Translations under genes and position numbers: made by a program
The notes under the pieces: model-generated
Told to the model about the DNA's origin: nothing
Databases searched by the model: none
The model's input: the letters and a program-made list of their open reading frames with translations, nothing else
Assembly (NCBI GenBank): GCA_963847445.1
Contig: CAWJZV010000025.1
Span: 1 to 64,000 of the forward strand
Origin: an uncultured delta proteobacterium
GTDB lineage: Bacteria > Desulfobacterota > Binatia > UBA9968
Direction of reading: 5' to 3'
DNA: 64,000 nt
Shown: one piece after another, positions 32,000 to 40,625 of the stretch
Layout: each line of letters opens with the position of its first letter
Numbering within the stretch: position 1 is the stretch's first letter

Positions 32000-33082
32000 A
32001 TGTTTGGCAATCTGTTCATGCGCTTACTCTTGGCTTTGGCCGCCGCCACGGCAGCGGTTCCCGCCACTGTGGCGCACGCGGCGACGGTGGAAGAAATCGC
32101 CTTGATGAAATCGCCCAATCGCGAAAAGATCCTCATCGAAGGCGCGAAGAAAGAAGGTAAGATAACCTTCTACACCGGACTGATCGTCGACCAGGTGGTG
32201 CGGCCGGTGAAGGATGCCTTCGAAAAGGAATATCCGTTTCTCCAAATCGAGTTTTTTCGCGCCAACGCCGACCGTCTGGCTCAGCGGGTGTTGGCTGAGC
32301 ACCAAGCTAAACGCTATGAGGTCGATGTTGTCAGCGGCAGCGCCGCCGCGACCATGTTGCAGCGCGCCGGGCTGATGCAGCGTTTCTACTCGCCGCCCAT
32401 CGCCGAGTATCCGCGCGAACTGAAAGACGCCAACGGTTTTTGGGGCAGCACCAACGTTTACTTCATGACGCTGGGCTACAACACGCGCAATGTGAAAGTC
32501 GCCGAGCTGCCGAAGAGCTATGAAGACTTGCTCAATCCACGCTGGAAAGGCCAAATGATGTGGTCCACCAGCCGGGGCTCGGGCGCGCCGCAATTCGTCG
32601 GCAACATTTTCACCAGCATGGGTCAGGAAGCCGGCAAGGCTTATCTACAAAAATTGCGACAGCAAAACATCGCCAAGAGCACCGCCAGCGCGCGCCAGAT
32701 ACTCGACCTGGTCATCGCCGGCGAGTATCCGCTGTCGATTCAAATCTTCAATCACCATGCTTTCATCAGCAAGGTCGCCGGCGCGCCGGTGGAGTGGCAC
32801 CCCTTGGAGCCGGTGACCGCGACCAACAATTCCATCGGCATTGCCAAGACCGCGCCCCATCCGCATGCGTCGATGCTGTTTCTCGACTTCGTCCTTTCGC
32901 GCAGAGGCCAGCGGGTGTTTCAAGCCGCCAATTACTTGCCGGCCCATCCCGAAGTTCCAGCGTTGCAAGCCGACCTAAAACCCGGCGTGCGCTTCAAGAA
33001 AGCGAATTATCTCAGCCCGGAGCTGCTCTACGACAAGAGCAATGAATGGGCGGATTATTTTGAAAAGGAGTTTTTGCGCTGA
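32000..33082 (+). CDS. Extracellular solute-binding protein (Fe3+/thiamine-like)
   Basis: GAGGAGG RBS, signal peptide, EGAKKEGK, YNTRNV..LPKSYEDLLNPRWKG, APHPHAS. Confidence 0.9.
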   Translation: MFGNLFMRLLLALAAATAAVPATVAHAATVEEIALMKSPNREKILIEGAKKEGKITFYTGLIVDQVVRPVKDAFEKEYPFLQIEFFRANADRLAQRVLAEHQAKRYEVDVVSGSAAATMLQRAGLMQRFYSPPIAEYPRELKDANGFWGSTNVYFMTLGYNTRNVKVAELPKSYEDLLNPRWKGQMMWSTSRGSGAPQFVGNIFTSMGQEAGKAYLQKLRQQNIAKSTASARQILDLVIAGEYPLSIQIFNHHAFISKVAGAPVEWHPLEPVTATNNSIGIAKTAPHPHASMLFLDFVLSRRGQRVFQAANYLPAHPEVPALQADLKPGVRFKKANYLSPELLYDKSNEWADYFEKEFLR

Positions 33083-33126
33083 GGGCGGGTGGTTTGACGA
33101 CTCGATAATTGTTCAATTCATACGGT

Positions 33127-33840
33127 ATGAAGACAACTCTTAGCGCTCCTGACATAGTCTTTGTACCGGAGACCAGGATTGGCTTTTGGTTTCTCGGCAC
33201 CCAGACTTGGACCACCCATGTTCTAAAAGTCGCACTTGACGATTTGGAACGACTGATGCCGCAACGCCAGCCATCCTATCCGATCGTGCTCGATGCGGGA
33301 TGCGGGCAAGGCAAGTCGTTCCGGCTGTTGATTGAGCATTTCTCGCCGCAGCGCTTGATCGGAGTCGACGCTGAAGTGAAATGTCTGCGACATGCCCAGG
33401 CCGAGGCGTTGAAAGAAAAAATTCCGATAGAATTGCGTCATTGCGATATCGCGGCCCTCGATATCGCCGATGCCAGCGTGGACCTGGTGTTTTGCCATCA
33501 AACCTTTCACCATCTATCGCGACAGCAAATGGCATTGGCGCAAATGTTTCGCGTGCTCAAACCCGGCGGACTATTGTTGTTCGCCGAATCGACTCGTGCC
33601 TATATCCACTCTTGGATCATTCGCCTGTTGTTTCGCCATCCGATGCATGCGCAGCGTAGCGCGGACGAATACCTGGCGATGATTCGCGATCAGGGTTTTA
33701 CTTTTGGCTCCCAGAATGTGTCGCTACCCTATCTGTGGTGGAGTCGATCGGATCTCGGCGCCTTCGAGTGGTTTGGTTTCGGCGTCCCGGCGCAGCGGGA
33801 AGAAACGCTGGTCAACCTCGTTGCTGTGAAACCTGGCTAA
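33127..33840 (+). CDS. Class I SAM-dependent methyltransferase
   Basis: VLDAGCGQG, SVDLVFCHQTFHH, RVLKPGG. Confidence 0.9.
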   Translation: MKTTLSAPDIVFVPETRIGFWFLGTQTWTTHVLKVALDDLERLMPQRQPSYPIVLDAGCGQGKSFRLLIEHFSPQRLIGVDAEVKCLRHAQAEALKEKIPIELRHCDIAALDIADASVDLVFCHQTFHHLSRQQMALAQMFRVLKPGGLLLFAESTRAYIHSWIIRLLFRHPMHAQRSADEYLAMIRDQGFTFGSQNVSLPYLWWSRSDLGAFEWFGFGVPAQREETLVNLVAVKPG

Positions 33841-33995
33841 GTGGAAACTCGCTGCCAGGTGGGCAGCAACTGAGCCCGGAGATTTTCAATCTCAAGGGCA
33901 TCGCGTGGGTGGGTCGATTCGAGCAAGAGTGATTGCGCTGAGGGTGCGCAGATGGAGTCATGCTAAGTTGAGTTGCGCGTTGCCAAGCATGTTGA

Positions 33996-34430
33996 TTGAT
34001 GGGATATCTCGCTGTAGCTATGCTGTTTTCACAAATCACGCTTGTCGTGGCTACTGCTGCCTTGTTACCCGCTTGTATGTCACTGCGCCAGGAAATTTGT
34101 CGGAGCGAGGAGCAATCCGCCATTCATGATTCACTGTACTTCGGTACTGCCAAGCCAGATGGAGTGGTTACGGGAGAGGAATGGGCTCAATTCCTTGGAG
34201 ATGTCATCACTCCTCGGTTTCCGCAGGGGCTCACCGTGTTTCGAGCGTCGGGGCAGTGGAATATGGAAAATGGCACGATGGCTCGAGAGGCAACCTACGT
34301 GGTGCAAATTATTCATCCCAACGAGGAACGCTTCGAAAAGAATGTTCGAGAACTCGTCGCCGCCTACAAGGAACAATTTCAACAAGATTCGGTGCTTCGG
34401 GTGACGGCCCGTTCGTGCGTGTCGTTCTAG
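33996..34430 (+). CDS. DUF3574 domain protein (probable lipoprotein)
   Basis: LYFG..KPDG.V...W..FL...ITPRFPQGLTV..A.GQW...YKEQFQQDSVLRV. Confidence 0.85.
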   Translation: MMGYLAVAMLFSQITLVVATAALLPACMSLRQEICRSEEQSAIHDSLYFGTAKPDGVVTGEEWAQFLGDVITPRFPQGLTVFRASGQWNMENGTMAREATYVVQIIHPNEERFEKNVRELVAAYKEQFQQDSVLRVTARSCVSF

Positions 34431-34669
34431 TCGCTATATGGCCGCGGCCGGAGCAAAACCTCGATCAGCGTAATGAAAATGGATCGCGAGATGGCCTTGA
34501 GGGGAGTCAGTTATCTAGCGATTCGCAAAGCGGCGGGAGTCGGGAGTCAGGGAGATCAAAATTCTGCACATTCGTTCAGGAGAAATTTTGAATTCGAATC
34601 AAGAAGCACAAATACGAAACGGCATAGCCAGCGGGCGTGAAAAAGCGCGCGCGCTAGAAGGAGAGAGAA

Positions 34670-35440
34670 ATGAATTCAGATAATGAAGACGTAAAACGCG
34701 AGGTGGCAGCGGCGAACCGAGTGCTGGCCAATCTTGGCTTAGCGACCGGGTTTGCCGCCGCCTTTGGCCACGCGAGTATGCGCATTCCCACCGAGCCCAA
34801 TCATTTTTTCGTCAAAGGACGCGAGTACGAGTACGACGCGCTGGCGGTGATGGAGGCCGATGACATGGTCATGTGCGACACCGAGGGATTCAAGATCGGC
34901 GGGCGCACCGGGTTGACGCAGTGCTCGGAAGTCAAGATCCACGCCTGCATTTACAAGACGCATCCGAACGTGCAGGCGGTCGTGCACGTGCATCCGCGCT
35001 ACACGATACTCATGAGCATCCTGACCGGCGGGCTCAGGCCGATGTGTCAGGAAGGCGCGCAGCTGGTGCAGCAGCCGTTGCCGATTTATCCCCACGTCAA
35101 GACGATTCAGAGCGACGCCGAAGGCATGGAGGTGGCAAATCTGTTGGGCGAGAGCCAAGCGATGCTGCTTTATGGCCACGGCGCGGTGACGACGGGAAAA
35201 AATCTGTCCGAAGCGGTGATGGGTATGGCATTTTTAGAAGAACAAGCACGGATGAATTACCTGGCCTATTGCGCTGAGGGCAAGGATTATAAAAGCTTGC
35301 CGGGTAACTTAATCGACGAGATGTCCAATCGCACACCGCTGTACGAACAGCCGCATTTCAAGGATGTCCTCAAAGGCCGCGCGCCGCAGCGTGACGGCAC
35401 ATGGAATTATCAGAAGCTGGCGGCGACCCGGAAGCCATAA
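34670..35440 (+). CDS. Class II aldolase/adducin family protein
   Basis: GHASMR, EVKIHACIYKTHPNVQAVVHVH, LYGHG. Confidence 0.9.
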   Translation: MNSDNEDVKREVAAANRVLANLGLATGFAAAFGHASMRIPTEPNHFFVKGREYEYDALAVMEADDMVMCDTEGFKIGGRTGLTQCSEVKIHACIYKTHPNVQAVVHVHPRYTILMSILTGGLRPMCQEGAQLVQQPLPIYPHVKTIQSDAEGMEVANLLGESQAMLLYGHGAVTTGKNLSEAVMGMAFLEEQARMNYLAYCAEGKDYKSLPGNLIDEMSNRTPLYEQPHFKDVLKGRAPQRDGTWNYQKLAATRKP

Positions 35441-35485
35441 AAGCGTTCAATAAACAACGCAGAGGGTCGGTTCCCTCGGGATCGG

Positions 35486-36571
35486 TTACAGGCCGTAGAA
35501 CGTTTTGGCGTTGTCGTAAAGAATCTTCTGCACCGCGGTTTTCGAGATCTCGCCGGCGTCGGCACGTTCCTTGAGCAGGCGTGGAAACTCGTATTCCATC
35601 GACGAGTCGCGGTGGGTGTAGTCGGAGCCGACCATCAGGCTGTCTTCGCCGGCGACTTTCAAAATATACGGTAAGTCTTCGTCGACTTGGCAGGTGACGT
35701 ACATGCGGTTGGCTTTGAGCAAGTCGGATGACAGCGAGTAGCGGGCGAACTGGCTAAACGTGCCGGAGCCGTCGGCGGCTTTTTCCATGCGCCGTTTCAG
35801 TTCCCAGGCGATAAACGGGATCCACGAGCAGCCGGCTTCGATAATACCGAAGCGCAGCTTGGGATACTTCACCGGCAGTTGATGGCGGATGATGGTGTGA
35901 AACGCATGAACGGTCGGCAACTGCGAGCGCATGAACGAACCCAGCGAAAATTCCCGCGCCGGCACGAAGTCCGGTGTGCCCGAGCCGATGTGCACACAGA
36001 TCGGCAAGTCCAAACGATTGGCTTCCTCGTATAGAGGGGTGAAATACTGGTCAGCGGGCCATTTGCCGGCTTCCAAGTCGCCTTTCTTGAGAATACCGCA
36101 GGCGCCGTGATCTTTGGCGAACTGTAATTCTTTGATGGTCTCATCCATGTTCATCAGCGGCGGCAAACAGACCCAGCGCAAGCGGCCGTGGGACTCGGCG
36201 CAGCGGTCGGCGAGCCAGCGGTTATAGCTGCGCCGCAGGGCGGTGGACACTTCCGGGCGTTCGGTGGCTTCCATCAAAAATAGCGTCGGATAAAGCACTT
36301 GGACTTCCGTGCCCATGGCATCCATGTCGCGCAGCCGCGCCGGCACGTCGAGCAACTCGCGGGTCTCCACCGTGGTGCGGGTATTGCCGTCATCGCGCAC
36401 GAAGCGCATCTGGCGATGGCCGTCGACCAACCAGTAGCGGGCCGGCGTCTTCGACGGATCGACGCGGCTGGGATGTTGGGTGATCGGTTTGAAATCCTGC
36501 TCGAAGTCGCGGAGATATTCCCAGGTGGCTTCGGTCTCGTCGATATGGGTGTCGGCATCGATGATCGGCAT
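35486..36571 (-). CDS. Amidohydrolase_2 family protein
   Basis: IIDADTHIDE, CVHIG, IEAGCSW, GSDYTH. Confidence 0.9.
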   Translation of the reverse strand: MPIIDADTHIDETEATWEYLRDFEQDFKPITQHPSRVDPSKTPARYWLVDGHRQMRFVRDDGNTRTTVETRELLDVPARLRDMDAMGTEVQVLYPTLFLMEATERPEVSTALRRSYNRWLADRCAESHGRLRWVCLPPLMNMDETIKELQFAKDHGACGILKKGDLEAGKWPADQYFTPLYEEANRLDLPICVHIGSGTPDFVPAREFSLGSFMRSQLPTVHAFHTIIRHQLPVKYPKLRFGIIEAGCSWIPFIAWELKRRMEKAADGSGTFSQFARYSLSSDLLKANRMYVTCQVDEDLPYILKVAGEDSLMVGSDYTHRDSSMEYEFPRLLKERADAGEISKTAVQKILYDNAKTFYGL

Positions 36572-36785
36572 GGCGTTGCTCCTTGGCAGATTCGCTTTTC
36601 TCGATTTTAACCACAAATCGGTTATGGTTGGCAAAGGGACAACCGAGAGAGAAAGTCGGTCTTTAGCACGAAGGCTGCCAAGGACATGAAAGTTTCAGAA
36701 GCGCACTCTTAGTATTGCTATCCAATAGCTAACACCAACATGTTTGTCATAGCGTGCGGCTTTAGTATTCCGGGAGTCGAAGATT

Positions 36786-36926
36786 CTCGGAATCGGAAAT
36801 TCCTCTCGCCAAGTCGCAAAGACGCCAAATTCGGAAAGGAAAAAAATAGGATTCTTAAGAACGTTCTTCACCATTCTATTTTCCGACCTTTGCGAGCTTA
36901 GCGCCTTTGCGAGAGATATTCCGAGT
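36786..36926. repeat. Long inverted repeat of 9-nt units (CGCMAAG) with TTCGGA/TCCGA core
   Basis: ctcggaat...ctctcgccaagtcgcaaagacgccaaattcggaaa ... tttccgacctttgcgagcttagcgcctttgcgagag..attccgag. Confidence 0.8.
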
Positions 36927-37158
36927 TTCGATTGCAGCTGTTCGCCGACAGGCGAACCTCTTTTCCCTAGCGTAGTCTGGGGAAAAGCGTGAATTACTAT
37001 CCGTGATAGTTTGCGCGGCTTGGGCAAATTTCTCGATGCGTCAAAGTCGAGAGGGCGGATTTCAAACCCGCTGTCGGCTGTTGCTGCGATGACGCGGTTG
37101 AATCCATGGGTTTACTCCAAAAGACACTTTGATATAGTCGGTGACCACGTGGTGAACT

Positions 37159-38331
37159 ATGGCTTCAATCCTGATCAAAAACATCGGCACGTTAGTTACG
37201 GGTAAGTTGGAAAGCCCGCTGCGGCAGGCGGACTCGATCTTTATTAAAGATGGTTTCATTGCGGCCATCGGCAGCGGTTTGCATCAAGCCGCCGACCAAA
37301 CCATTGATGCCCATGGCATCACTGCGGTTCCCGGTTTGATCGATTCCCATTCGCATCCCTCCATCGGTGAGTACACGCCGGCGCAGAATTCACTCGGCTG
37401 GATCACCAACTACATGCATGGAGGCGTGACCGCGCTGATCTCCGCCGGTGAGTTGCATCTGCCGGGACTGCCGCTGCCGCCGGACGCGCGCACGGCGTTG
37501 TCCGTCGCCATCGTCACCAAGAAGTGTTACGACAACCTGCGGCCGTCGGGGGTGAAAGTCCACGCCGGAACGTTGCTGCTAGTGCCGGGATTGACGGAAA
37601 AAGATTTCGACGAGATTCAATCTCTCGGCATCAAGCTGGTCAAATTCATTTTCTACGACTACAGCCTGTTGCCCAACGGCGAAGCCAACCGCTACGTCGA
37701 CTGGGCGCATGCCCGCGGCATCAAAGTTAAAATTCATTCCGGCGGCGTGTCGCGTTCCGGTGTGAGCCAGGTGGCCGGCTTCGACATGGTGCAGAAGATC
37801 AAACCGGACATCATCGGCCATATCACCGGCGGGCCGATTCCCATGCCTGAAGCGGACATGCTGCGCATCGCCAACGAAACCGAATGCTTCATGGAAATTT
37901 GTACTTCTGGAAATTACCGGCTGGCGCTGAGTCTCGCACGCGCAGTCACCGCCAACGGCCGTTACGACCGGGTGCTGATCGGCACGGACACACCCGGCGG
38001 CACCGGCGTCGTGCCGCGCGGTATTCTGCGCGAGATCGCTTTCATCTCTTCGGTGGGTGAAATTCCGCCGGAGAAAACCATCTGCATGGCCACCGGTAAT
38101 GTCGGCCGCGCCCATGGCTTGAATCTCGGCATTCTCGAAGAGGGGCGGCCCGCCGACGTCGTTTTGATGCACAAGATCACCGGGTCGGTGTCGACGGATG
38201 CGCTGGACTCATTCGCCAAGGGCGATCTGCCGGGGATTTCCTATGTGATCATCGACGGCGTCGTTCAAGTAGCCGGCCGCAGCCAGCAAACCCCGCCGCC
38301 CGAAGTGCTGGCCAACCAGTCTTGTTGTTAG
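37159..38331 (+). CDS. Enamidase-like amidohydrolase
   Basis: PGLIDSHSHP..GEYTP.QN...HGGVTALISAGELHLPG, IHSGG, GHITGGP, GTDTPGGTGV.PRG, ATGN. Confidence 0.8.
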   Translation: MASILIKNIGTLVTGKLESPLRQADSIFIKDGFIAAIGSGLHQAADQTIDAHGITAVPGLIDSHSHPSIGEYTPAQNSLGWITNYMHGGVTALISAGELHLPGLPLPPDARTALSVAIVTKKCYDNLRPSGVKVHAGTLLLVPGLTEKDFDEIQSLGIKLVKFIFYDYSLLPNGEANRYVDWAHARGIKVKIHSGGVSRSGVSQVAGFDMVQKIKPDIIGHITGGPIPMPEADMLRIANETECFMEICTSGNYRLALSLARAVTANGRYDRVLIGTDTPGGTGVVPRGILREIAFISSVGEIPPEKTICMATGNVGRAHGLNLGILEEGRPADVVLMHKITGSVSTDALDSFAKGDLPGISYVIIDGVVQVAGRSQQTPPPEVLANQSCC

Positions 38332-38343
38332 AGGAGAGTGATC

Positions 38344-39324
38344 GTGAGCGCTTGTGAATTTGGCGTGGGGTTATTTCCCACCGAACCATTAGAGAAAATG
38401 ATTCATCTGGCCAAGGTGAGCGAAGAGGTTGGCTTTAGCCATATCTGGGTCGGCGATTCGCATTTAATTTGGCGCGAAGCCTACATCAACATGACGGCAA
38501 TGATGCTCAACACCACCAAAGTGAAGTTGGGCACCGGCGTGACTAATCCATTGACGCGCCATCCGTCAGTGCTGGCCAGTGGCTACGCGACTCTGGAAGA
38601 ATATTCGCCGGGGCGAATGATTGTCGGCATCGGACTGGGCGACAGCTCGGTGGAAACCATGGGCATGAAGCCGTCGACGCTGGCGAACTTCGAAAAATCT
38701 CTCGAGCAAATGCGCCAGATTCTCGACGGCAAAGAGGCGCAGTTGCCGACCGGTAAGATCCACTTGCTGCATCCGACCAAGACTCGCGTGCCCATCTATA
38801 TCGCCGCCAGCGGGCCGAAGATGCTCGAGCTCTCCGGCCGCATCGCCGACGGCATCATTGTGCTGGTCGGAGTCGCCGACGATTACATCGCTGATGCTAA
38901 GGAGAAAATCGCCGCCGGCGCCAAGGCGGCGGGACGGAAGCTGGCAGATATTAATTTAGTTCTGTGGGTGCCTTGCGCAGTTTCGGAAACGGCGAACGCC
39001 AAAGACGCGGTCAAGGCCCATGTCGCCCGCGTGGTCGCCCATCCGCTGCCCTACGTGCTCGATCCCAACGAGCAGAAAATCTTACAAGAGATCCGCAAAA
39101 CCTACGACTACTACCATCACATGGATCAGCAGGCGAACCACGCCGATGTGATTCCCGATTGGCTGGTCGACAAGTTCGCCATCGCCGGCTCGGTGGCCCA
39201 ATGCAAAGCGCAGATCGAGCGCATCAAAAAAACCGGCGTCCAGCAAATCGCCATCATTCCCTACAGTCCGCCGGGCGGCAGCCGTGAAGAGACGATTCGC
39301 GGCTTCGCCAAGGCGATGAGCTGA
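38344..39324 (+). CDS. LLM class (Mer-like, possibly F420-dependent) oxidoreductase
   Basis: GFSHIWVGDSH, LGTGVTNPLTRHPSV, GIGLGDS, PIYIAASGPKMLELSGRIADG. Confidence 0.9.
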   Translation: MSACEFGVGLFPTEPLEKMIHLAKVSEEVGFSHIWVGDSHLIWREAYINMTAMMLNTTKVKLGTGVTNPLTRHPSVLASGYATLEEYSPGRMIVGIGLGDSSVETMGMKPSTLANFEKSLEQMRQILDGKEAQLPTGKIHLLHPTKTRVPIYIAASGPKMLELSGRIADGIIVLVGVADDYIADAKEKIAAGAKAAGRKLADINLVLWVPCAVSETANAKDAVKAHVARVVAHPLPYVLDPNEQKILQEIRKTYDYYHHMDQQANHADVIPDWLVDKFAIAGSVAQCKAQIERIKKTGVQQIAIIPYSPPGGSREETIRGFAKAMS

Positions 39325-39482
39325 ACCTGCCAATCAAGCGCTTGCAGCGGGCGACGCGCTTTAAACAACTCGATCGAGAACTATGCTGCGAATTAGCTGA
39401 CAAGTTTGTTATTCAAAGCGCATTTTCGTACGGCGCTAGTGCCGGGAAGCCTTGTAATGCGCTGAATATCAACGTTTTCCTC

Positions 39483-39498
39483 TGGCACGTGTGTTGCT
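39483..39498 (+). promoter_or_regulatory. sigma54 promoter (consensus match)
   Basis: TGGCAC-GTGTG-TTGCT upstream of the response regulator. Confidence 0.7.
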
Positions 39499-39670
39499 GC
39501 CTTCAAATTTCCGTAGTGGCGATCAAGTATCCCGAACCTATCCGCGATCAGGGATAAATCATATATTTTGGCCCAACGCTGTGCAGTTCCGAACGGATGA
39601 GACTCAGGGAAGTTTCGCTACAAACTTTGATCGGTAATGCCCGTCAAAAGAGATCCGGGAGAAATTAACC

Positions 39671-40366
39671 ATGAACGTACTTATTGTGGAGGATAATGCG
39701 ATTAGTGCTACAGTTTTGGAGCACACACTGGACAAACATGGTTACGACACGATCACGGCGCATGACGGGGAACAGGCATTGACATGTCTGGAGTCACACC
39801 CGGAGATTGACCTTGTCATCACCGATATCGTCATGCCCAACGCCGATGGGGTTGAATTGGTGCGCAGAATCAAGGAGCGCGAGGAATGGAATGACATCCC
39901 GATTCTGGTATGCACGTCGTTGCGGCCCGAGAGCGCAAACCACCGACTCCTGGGACAAGGGTCGAAGTATCTTTTCAAGCCGATCATAGCTTCTACTCTG
40001 ATCCAAAAAGTGAACGAAGCTTTCGCGCATAAACGGCAAGTCTTGCAAGACCCTGAGCTCACTAGGTCACAGATCGGCATTGACTCCGAAGCCTTTGCCG
40101 AGGTTCTGGACAAATTTTCTCAGACTGTGAGCGATGCAATCGTCCGACTAGAGAAGCGGGGTAAAGACGCCCTGGAGGAGCCGATGGATCTGAAAGATCT
40201 TTTGGAAGGAGCCAAGCTGATTAGAGCCGAGCGGCTAAGCGAGATTTTGACTAGTCTGGAACAGTGTTCAAATTGGCGGAAGCTGGAGATGTTCCGCTCC
40301 AAGCGGCCTTTTCTATTGAGGCAATTGAAGGCGATGCAATATCACCTTGAACTTTATACCCGCTGA
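39671..40366 (+). CDS. Response regulator (REC) with degenerate HPt-like C-terminus
   Basis: VLIVEDN, DLVITDIVMPNADG, YLFKP; helical C-terminus without the HPt histidine. Confidence 0.85.
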   Translation: MNVLIVEDNAISATVLEHTLDKHGYDTITAHDGEQALTCLESHPEIDLVITDIVMPNADGVELVRRIKEREEWNDIPILVCTSLRPESANHRLLGQGSKYLFKPIIASTLIQKVNEAFAHKRQVLQDPELTRSQIGIDSEAFAEVLDKFSQTVSDAIVRLEKRGKDALEEPMDLKDLLEGAKLIRAERLSEILTSLEQCSNWRKLEMFRSKRPFLLRQLKAMQYHLELYTR

Positions 40367-40625
40367 CGACCGCAGGGCAGACCGCAGGCTTCTGTCGAGC
40401 AATGAGACATTGCGCCAGTGGCACTGACGAACTCAAAAATGCCGACGCCTTTTTACGATCTAATCTTGCCAGCCTGCGCCGCGGCGCTCGTGCAGCAAGC
40501 GCTGAATACGATTGCCTGGAGCCATAGAGCCAAGGAGGTTTGGGGTCTCAGGTGCGCTCACGTCCAGAGTCATTCGTCAATGGCGAAGCGGCGGTAGGGG
40601 TTTCCAAGATCGACGAGACTCGGTG

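Noticed and set aside
27-38331. Complete nicotinate pathway (Mo-hydroxylase subunits, enamidase, dimethylmalate lyase-like)
   Set aside because: The components are scattered over 38 kb, key enzymes are missing, and the ICL-family protein lacks the catalytic Cys.
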